Part shown: positions 57,514 through 64,000 of the stretch, piece after piece | Layout: every line of letters starts with the position of its first letter | Position numbering within the stretch: the stretch's first letter is position 1 | From: Chitinophaga pinensis | GTDB taxonomy: Bacteria > Bacteroidota > Bacteroidia > UKL13-3 | Direction of reading: 5' to 3' | DNA: 64,000 bases | Assembly (NCBI GenBank): GCA_945861965.1 | Contig: CAMAWM010000010.1 | Location: 996 to 64,995, forward strand | Translations under genes and position numbers: made by a program | The notes under the pieces: generated by a model | Told to the model about the DNA's origin: nothing | Database searches by the model: none | Seen by the model: only the letters and a program-made list of their open reading frames with translations

Positions 57514-58635
57514 ATGGGCTGTGCTATTGTTTACAAATTAGTGCAATTTGCAACGATTTCAATGGGACAAATACACTTCAAAAAGGGTAAGTTTGACTAT
57601 CTAGATTTAAAAAATAAATCGGATGAATTAAGTTCAAATTGTAGCAATCAAAATGAAAAATTAGCCCTTCAATTTTTATCAAAATTGATAAAACGAAAAG
57701 AAAAATTTTCGTTTTTCACTTCAGGAAGTACAGGAAAACCCAAGCAGATTTATTTTGATAAAAAACAAATAATTCAAAGCGCACAAAGCACCATTGATGT
57801 ATTGAAATTAAAGCCAAACAAAGAGCATTTTTTAATTTGTTTGGATGTTGAAAATGTAGCGGGAGCAATGATGCTTGCCAGAGCTTTTTGTGTAAATGCA
57901 AATGCAACTTTACTGGAGGCAACATCCAATCCGTTAAAAAATATTTCGCTAAAACATTCATACACTTTTGCGTCTTTTGTTCCCTTGCAATTGCAAAAAA
58001 TGTTGACAGAAGATAAATCGGCACAAAAAAAACTTGAACGATTCGAAAATATTTTAGTAGGCGGCTCTTCAATAAATTCAGAGTTAGAAAAAAAATTAGC
58101 TACTGTAAAAACAAAAATTTGGCATACTTATGGAATGACGGAAACCCTCTCTCATGTTGCTTTGAGAAGAGTTGGAATAGAAACGAACTTTACATTATTG
58201 CCAAATACAAAAGCAAAATTAACGGATGAAAATTGTTTGATGATTTCTTCTCCATCAACAAAAAACAAATGGATTGAAACAAACGATATTGTTGAATTGA
58301 AAGGAAAGAAATTGAAGTTGCTCGGTCGAAAAGATTTTGTAATAAACAGCGGAGGTCTTAAGTTGATTCCCGAAAAAATTGAAACTAAAATAGCCGAAAT
58401 AGGAGTAACTGATTGTAGTTTTTTTATTTCATCAGTGACCGATAAATTGCTTGGAGAAAAAGTAGTTCTGTTTATTGAAACAAAAAAATCAATGAATAAA
58501 AAGGTTTTGAAAACGATAGAAACTGGGCTTAAAAAATCGCTTTCTAAATATGAACTTCCCAAAGAAATAATATTGAAAAAACAGTTTGTTTATACCTCGA
58601 ATGGAAAAATTGATAGGATACTTTCAAAAAAATAA
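57514..58635 (+). CDS. menE: AMP-binding enzyme, likely o-succinylbenzoate--CoA ligase
   Basis: 373 aa with FTSGSTGKPKQI, HTYGMTET and a C-terminal GKIDR. It sits next to a menC-like gene. The true start may be the ATG at 57562. Confidence 0.7.
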   Translation: MGCAIVYKLVQFATISMGQIHFKKGKFDYLDLKNKSDELSSNCSNQNEKLALQFLSKLIKRKEKFSFFTSGSTGKPKQIYFDKKQIIQSAQSTIDVLKLKPNKEHFLICLDVENVAGAMMLARAFCVNANATLLEATSNPLKNISLKHSYTFASFVPLQLQKMLTEDKSAQKKLERFENILVGGSSINSELEKKLATVKTKIWHTYGMTETLSHVALRRVGIETNFTLLPNTKAKLTDENCLMISSPSTKNKWIETNDIVELKGKKLKLLGRKDFVINSGGLKLIPEKIETKIAEIGVTDCSFFISSVTDKLLGEKVVLFIETKKSMNKKVLKTIETGLKKSLSKYELPKEIILKKQFVYTSNGKIDRILSKK

Positions 58636-58647
58636 ATAGGTTAATTT

Positions 58648-59664
58648 ATGTTGCATTATTCGTATCAAAAACACAATTTAAAATTTAAAATTCCTGCTCG
58701 TACTTCACGCGGAGAGATGAATGATCATGCTGTTTTTCTGATCAGCTGTTTCGATATTAAAAACAATAAAATCATAGGCGTTGGCGAGGCATCTCCATTG
58801 CCTGGTTTAAGTATTGATGATACTCCTGATTTTGAAAACAAACTTCAAAACTGCATTCAATTACTAAATGAAAAGATGCCGATTGAATTTCTACAACTGG
58901 AGAAATTTCCTTCCATTCAGTTTGCTTTAGAAACGGCACATAAGGATTTGAATTTTGGCGGAAACGGAAAAATAGTTGAAAGCGATTTTATAAATGGAAA
59001 GCCAATCCCAATTAATGGTTTGGTTTGGATGGCAGAAAAAAATGAAATGCTGAAACAAGTTGAAGAAAAAATTTCGAAAGGATATAAATGCATAAAAATA
59101 AAAATAGGAAACCTTGATTTTGATGACGATTGCCGAATGTTAGAAAGCATCAGAAAGAAATACAATTCGTATAAAGTTGAATTGCGATTAGACGCAAACG
59201 GTGCTTTTAAGAACGATGATTCAATGCAGAAATTAAACACACTTTTTCAGTTTGAAATTCATTCGATAGAGCAACCAATAAAACAAGGACAATGGGAATT
59301 GATGGAGGAAATTTGTGCTAAATCTAAAATTAATATTGCATTAGACGAAGAATTGATTGGCATTGAGAAAATTAATTTCAGTAAAATTTTACACTATATT
59401 AAACCAAAATATATTGTGTTGAAACCAACACTTCTTGGAGGTTTTGAGCTAACTAAAATGTGGATAGATACTGCAAACAAACATGAAATAAATTGGTGGT
59501 TAACCTCTGCATTAGAAAGCAATATTGGTTTAAATGCAATTGCACAATTTGCATCTTCTTTGCATGTAAATATTCCGCAAGGTTTGGGAACGGGCGAATT
59601 GTACGAGAATAATTTTCCGTCTAAGTTAGTTGCTACAGCAGGTTTTTTACATTACAGGAATTAG
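58648..59664 (+). CDS. menC: o-succinylbenzoate synthase (enolase superfamily)
   Basis: 338 aa with KIKIG, RLDANGAF, IEQP and LDEE metal/catalytic-site pattern. Confidence 0.7.
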   Translation: MLHYSYQKHNLKFKIPARTSRGEMNDHAVFLISCFDIKNNKIIGVGEASPLPGLSIDDTPDFENKLQNCIQLLNEKMPIEFLQLEKFPSIQFALETAHKDLNFGGNGKIVESDFINGKPIPINGLVWMAEKNEMLKQVEEKISKGYKCIKIKIGNLDFDDDCRMLESIRKKYNSYKVELRLDANGAFKNDDSMQKLNTLFQFEIHSIEQPIKQGQWELMEEICAKSKINIALDEELIGIEKINFSKILHYIKPKYIVLKPTLLGGFELTKMWIDTANKHEINWWLTSALESNIGLNAIAQFASSLHVNIPQGLGTGELYENNFPSKLVATAGFLHYRN

Positions 59665-59696
59665 AAATAGAAAGTAAAAATCCGTATTTTAATTTG

Positions 59697-60272
59697 TTAT
59701 TTATACAAATTATTTGCAGTAATAAAATCGTTTATTTTTTTGGGAACTAAATGTTCAACAGATAATCCGTTTTTTAAATTTTCGCGAATTTGAGTGGATG
59801 AAATTTGCAATAAAGGGGCATTAAAAATTTTAATTTTATTTTTGTTTGTTAGCAAATTGTTCTCTTCAAAATCAGTTCGCTTGTAAACTAATATTTCGTA
59901 ATTATTTAAAATTTTTTCATGCTCTTTCCATTTATGAAAGTTCTGAAAATTATCTCCACCAATTATTGGATAAAAAATATTTTGAGAATACATTTTTGAC
60001 AATTCAATTAATGTATTTATAGTAAAATTTGGTCGGTCAAGTAAAAATTCAATATCGCAAATTTCAAGTTTGTCATTTCCATCTACTGCTAATTTTACTA
60101 ATTCCAAACGCTGATTTTCATTCAGCATTAAATCGTTTAATTTAAATGGATTTTGAGGAGAGATAACAAACCAGATTTTATCCAATTCGGTTTTAATTAG
60201 CATATATTCTGCAATCTGCAAATGCCCATTGTGAATGGGATTAAACGAGCCGAAAAGCAAACCTATTTTCAT
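59697..60272 (-). CDS. nadD: nicotinate-nucleotide adenylyltransferase
   Basis: 191 aa with GSFNPIHNGHL and ISSTQIR. Confidence 0.9.
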   Translation of the reverse strand: MKIGLLFGSFNPIHNGHLQIAEYMLIKTELDKIWFVISPQNPFKLNDLMLNENQRLELVKLAVDGNDKLEICDIEFLLDRPNFTINTLIELSKMYSQNIFYPIIGGDNFQNFHKWKEHEKILNNYEILVYKRTDFEENNLLTNKNKIKIFNAPLLQISSTQIRENLKNGLSVEHLVPKKINDFITANNLYK

Positions 60273-60293
60273 GTAATAAATTACTCTTTAGAT

Positions 60294-60857
60294 TTAAATA
60301 TTTATAAAATCTGAGACCAATTTTTCGGCCTTTGAAAATGCAGATTCTAAAAGATTGTTTACTAAAACAATATCGAATTTGTTTTCGTATTCCATTTCAT
60401 AAGTTGCCTTTTCGATTCTGGTTTTGATAGTTTCTTCAGTCTCGGTACTTCTATCTCTCAAACGTATTTCCAATTCTTGAATGCTTGGAGGTTTTACAAA
60501 TATGGACAAACATTTATCGCCAAAATAATTTTTTAAATTAAGCCCTCCTTGAACATCCACATCAAAAATTACTATTTTATTTAATTCCCAAATCCGTTCG
60601 ATTTCTGATTTTAAAGTCCCGTAATAATTCCCATCATACACCTCTTCAAATTCTAAAAAAGATTCTTCGGAAATTTTATTTTCAAATTCTTCAAGCGATA
60701 AAAAATAATAATCTTTTCCATTAATTTCTTTGGCTCTCTGTTTGCGAGTGCAAGCAGAAACCGAAAATATAAGTTCGTCAAATTTTGATAAAAGATGTTT
60801 TACAATTGTTGTTTTTCCGCTTCCGGATGGAGCGCAGAAAATAATAGCTTTATTCAT
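60294..60857 (-). CDS. gmk: guanylate kinase
   Basis: 187 aa with CAPSGSGKTT and TRKQRAKEINGKDYYF. Confidence 0.95.
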   Translation of the reverse strand: MNKAIIFCAPSGSGKTTIVKHLLSKFDELIFSVSACTRKQRAKEINGKDYYFLSLEEFENKISEESFLEFEEVYDGNYYGTLKSEIERIWELNKIVIFDVDVQGGLNLKNYFGDKCLSIFVKPPSIQELEIRLRDRSTETEETIKTRIEKATYEMEYENKFDIVLVNNLLESAFSKAEKLVSDFINI

Positions 60858-60864
60858 TCCTATT

Positions 60865-61734
60865 TTATAAAACGTTATTAATTTGTTCTTTCATTTTTTC
60901 TAATTCATCTTTCATTTCAACTACCAATCGTTGCATGTTGGCATCGTAACTTTTGCTTCCAATTGTATTAATTTCTCTTCCTATTTCTTGTGCAATAAAG
61001 TTTAATTTTTTTCCGCTTGATGGTTTGTTTAATGTTTCAATAAAAAAATCGCAATGTTGTTTTAATCTCACTCTTTCTTCACTGATGTCAAGCTTTTCGA
61101 TATAATATATCAACTCTTGTTCAAATCGATTTTTATCAATCATCGAGTTGTATGTTTGTTCTATTTCTTTTGTAATTCTTTGCTTTATTGATTCAATTCT
61201 TTTGTTTTCAAATTTTTGGATTTGATTCAATTTGTCTTCAATACTTAAGCAAATATTTTCTAATTCAACGCACAACATTTCGCCTTCTTTTTTTCTGAAA
61301 CTATCAAAATCAACAAATGCATTTTTAACGGTTAACAGAATTTGATTCCAATCGTTTTCGCTGTTTTCATTTTCTTTTGAAGACACAATATTTGGGAAAT
61401 CAAAAATGGATGTAAATAAATCTTTAGTTGAAATATTTTTACTTGAAGAAATCTTTTCAAGTTCAGCTAAATAAAATGCCGCAACATCATGGTTTATGGG
61501 AAGCGCTTTATCTTCTGCATTTTTGTATTGCAGGTTAATACTTAAAGTTGCCGAACCGCGTTCAATGGATTTGTTTAACTCGTTGCGCACGTCTAATTCT
61601 TTGTGCTGCCAATTGCGCGGCATACGAATATTAAGCTCAAAAAATTTACCATTCAAAGATTTTAACTCAACCTTACAAATAAATTTTTCAGTATCGGATT
61701 CGGCAATTCCAAATCCAGTCATCGATCGTATCAT
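60865..61734 (-). CDS. yicC: YicC-family stress-induced protein
   Basis: 289 aa with MIRSMTGFG at the N-terminus and QEIGREINTIGSK near the C-terminus. Confidence 0.85.
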   Translation of the reverse strand: MIRSMTGFGIAESDTEKFICKVELKSLNGKFFELNIRMPRNWQHKELDVRNELNKSIERGSATLSINLQYKNAEDKALPINHDVAAFYLAELEKISSSKNISTKDLFTSIFDFPNIVSSKENENSENDWNQILLTVKNAFVDFDSFRKKEGEMLCVELENICLSIEDKLNQIQKFENKRIESIKQRITKEIEQTYNSMIDKNRFEQELIYYIEKLDISEERVRLKQHCDFFIETLNKPSSGKKLNFIAQEIGREINTIGSKSYDANMQRLVVEMKDELEKMKEQINNVL

Positions 61735-61825
61735 GTATTTTTAAATATAGTGCGAAAGTAAGTAGGAATTGCTTAATTTTTTTAGGTAATAAAAGGATTA
61801 ATGAAATTGGATTGGAAAACGAAAA

Positions 61826-62707
61826 TTAACTTTTTTTGAAACTTGCAAAATATACACCTACAAAGACAATACAGATAAAGATTAATTTTTCTAATGTCAG
61901 CAAATCGGTTCCAAAAACTATTGCTATTAATGTTGCTAAAACAGGTTGAAGATAAATATAGGTTCCAACCAAACTGCTACTTGCATGCTTTAATGCATAT
62001 GAACTTAAAACATACGTTACAAATGTAGAACCCACAGTTATAAATAATACATATACCCAAATAATTTTTTGAAAAGCAATAAAATCTATTTCCGAAAATT
62101 CGTTAAATCCAAATGGAATAACAATAAATAAACCAAACAAAAAAGTATAAAGTGTAACCGTAAGCGGATGATACTTTTGCATCAGTGATTTTGCATACAC
62201 AAGAAAAAAAGCGTAGATAATTGCATTAAGCGCAACCATTATATCGCCCCAAACTCCCGTACTGCTGAAGTTAAAATTTCTTCCGCCAATTAAAAGTACA
62301 GCGCCAAAAGTAGCTAGCAAAACACCAACAACTTTTTGAATTGTAACTTTTTCTTTTAACCAAATTGCAGCAAATAGTACAACAAATATGGGCGTGTACA
62401 TCATCAATACAGCTGCATTTATTGGAGTTGTAATGGATAACCCTTTAAAAAATAAAAGCATGTTTGCGGCAACGCCAAATATAGCGCAAACAAATAATTT
62501 TATGTAATCTCTTTTGTCGTGAATTTTTTCTTTTATAAAAATTCTATGAAATACGATTAGGCCAATTGTAGCCACAATTACACGAATTAATATAAAGCCA
62601 AATGGTTTTATATACATTGGCATTACTTGTTTAGCAATGCTGAAAGTTGCTGCGTAGATAAGCGTTACAAGCCATAATGAAAGATGTACTTTTAATTTGG
62701 TGCTCAT
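61826..62707 (-). CDS. EamA/DMT-family transporter
   Basis: About 10 hydrophobic helices. The start is moved to MSTKLKVHLSLW at 62707, because the track ORF to 62803 would overlap the MATE gene by 100 nt. Confidence 0.8.
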   Translation of the reverse strand: MSTKLKVHLSLWLVTLIYAATFSIAKQVMPMYIKPFGFILIRVIVATIGLIVFHRIFIKEKIHDKRDYIKLFVCAIFGVAANMLLFFKGLSITTPINAAVLMMYTPIFVVLFAAIWLKEKVTIQKVVGVLLATFGAVLLIGGRNFNFSSTGVWGDIMVALNAIIYAFFLVYAKSLMQKYHPLTVTLYTFLFGLFIVIPFGFNEFSEIDFIAFQKIIWVYVLFITVGSTFVTYVLSSYALKHASSSLVGTYIYLQPVLATLIAIVFGTDLLTLEKLIFICIVFVGVYFASFKKS

Positions 62708-64000
62708 TGCATTTTTTCGAAACTCAATTCTTTTGATTCTTTTAAAAAACGAATGGAAAGCATTACTGCCGAAAACGTTAATGCCAAACTTAATCCGTAC
62801 CAAATTCCGTATAATCCTACATTTTGTTTAAATGTTAAATAATAACCAAAAGGCAAACCTACACCCCAATATGCTACAATTGTAATCAGCGTTGGAATTT
62901 TTGTATCGGCAATGCCTCGTAAAACTCCAAGACTTACACATTGTATTCCATCGCTTAACTGAAACATGGCTGCAATATAAATCAACCCAGTTGTTATCGT
63001 TGCAACCTGTTTATCGACTACATAATTTGTGACAATAAAATCGTTGCAAATTACAAGCATCAATGCCGAACAAAACATAAAAGCAGTTCCCAAATACAAA
63101 GATGCTTTTCCCGAAAATATGATGTCGTGCCTATTTCGCCTTCCAAGCGCATCGCCAACGGCAATGCTTCCTGCTGCCGAAATCCCAGTTGCAATCATAT
63201 AAGTAATCGAAGCAATGCTAATGGCAATGTGATGAGCTGCCAATTCGTTTTTTCCAATCCAACCAATGATAATTGCTGCTGAAGCAAATGCTCCAATTTC
63301 GAAAAAATATTGCAGCCCGCTTGGAAAACCCACTCTGAAAATATCAAACAAATATTTGTTGGCGCTTGTAACTTTACTGTGTAAATATTTTTTGTACTGA
63401 GGTTTTTTAAACACATACAATATCATCGCAATTGCCATAAATATTCGAGCTGTAAATGTTGCATAACCAGCACCAACTAATCCGTACATTTCAAATCCCC
63501 AATTGCCGTAAATCCAAAGCCAGTTGAGAAAAATATTTAGCAACAAAGCAACGATGGTAATAATTGCAGATGGTTTGGTATATGACAATCCATCGCTGAA
63601 TTGCTTGGCTGCAAAAAATAAAAGCAAAGGCAATGTGCTTAAATTTAGGAGGTTTAAAAACTTTTTTGCAAGTACAGTTATGTCTTCACCTTGTTTGAAA
63701 ACATGAAAGTTTTCAGCAAGAAAAAATGTTATTGTACAAATAAAAATGGATAAAAAAACAGCCGCCAACATTCCTTTTCTAAACAAGGCGCCACATGCTT
63801 CAGATTTTTCTTCGCTGTGAGCTTTTGCAACCAAAGGCGAAATAGCAGTTAGTGTTCCAATACCTAAAATGGTAATTAAAAAATAAACCGAATTTGCAAC
63901 TCCAGAAGCGGCCAGATTAGTTGAATCAATTTTGCCAATCATTACTACATCTGCAATACCCATAAGCACAATTCCTACCTGGCCAATGATAATAGGACCG
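62704..64000 (-). CDS. MATE-family efflux transporter, N-terminus beyond the window end
   Basis: Polytopic membrane protein. The reading frame is open to position 64000 (..GPIIIGQVGIVLMGIADVVMIG), so the M at 63969 is internal. Confidence 0.85.
   Translation of the reverse strand, partial: GPIIIGQVGIVLMGIADVVMIGKIDSTNLAASGVANSVYFLITILGIGTLTAISPLVAKAHSEEKSEACGALFRKGMLAAVFLSIFICTITFFLAENFHVFKQGEDITVLAKKFLNLLNLSTLPLLLFFAAKQFSDGLSYTKPSAIITIVALLLNIFLNWLWIYGNWGFEMYGLVGAGYATFTARIFMAIAMILYVFKKPQYKKYLHSKVTSANKYLFDIFRVGFPSGLQYFFEIGAFASAAIIIGWIGKNELAAHHIAISIASITYMIATGISAAGSIAVGDALGRRNRHDIIFSGKASLYLGTAFMFCSALMLVICNDFIVTNYVVDKQVATITTGLIYIAAMFQLSDGIQCVSLGVLRGIADTKIPTLITIVAYWGVGLPFGYYLTFKQNVGLYGIWYGLSLALTFSAVMLSIRFLKESKELSFEKMQ

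Overview
This is low-GC chromosomal DNA from a Bacteroidota-type organism. The evidence for that is a T9SS C-terminal sorting domain, TAnnTTTG -7 promoter boxes, a TonB-dependent receptor and an OlsF-like lipid gene. About 95% of the window is ordinary, densely packed housekeeping sequence: rimP-nusA-infB; four aminoacyl-tRNA synthetases (hisS, lysS, metG, glyQS); prfA, and prfB with its programmed +1 frameshift; era, miaA, pckA, gmk, nadD, menE/menC, hutH and rluB; and two tRNAs. The clear accessory region is 52.9-55.8 kb. Directly downstream of an initiator tRNA-Met sits a compact same-strand cassette of three parts: (i) a DnaB-family protein whose Walker A lysine and Walker B aspartate are both replaced, (ii) a 155-nt non-coding region bounded by a 9-bp inverted repeat, like retron a1/a2, with an internal hairpin, and (iii) a 319-aa reverse transcriptase carrying the retron-specific NAxxH, YADD and VTG motifs. 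I read this as a retron defence system with an unusual pseudo-helicase partner, and it is the best candidate for something undescribed. Secondary observations are a decayed pst/phoU remnant (5'-truncated pstB plus a 1-nt frameshift in phoU) and a 1334-aa T9SS cargo protein with an old internal ~440-aa duplication, encoded just downstream of a TonB-dependent receptor. There is also a 90-nt tandem coding repeat in rluB and a 16-bp hairpin in the rimP leader. All calls rest on reading the translations and sequence by eye; no database search was run.
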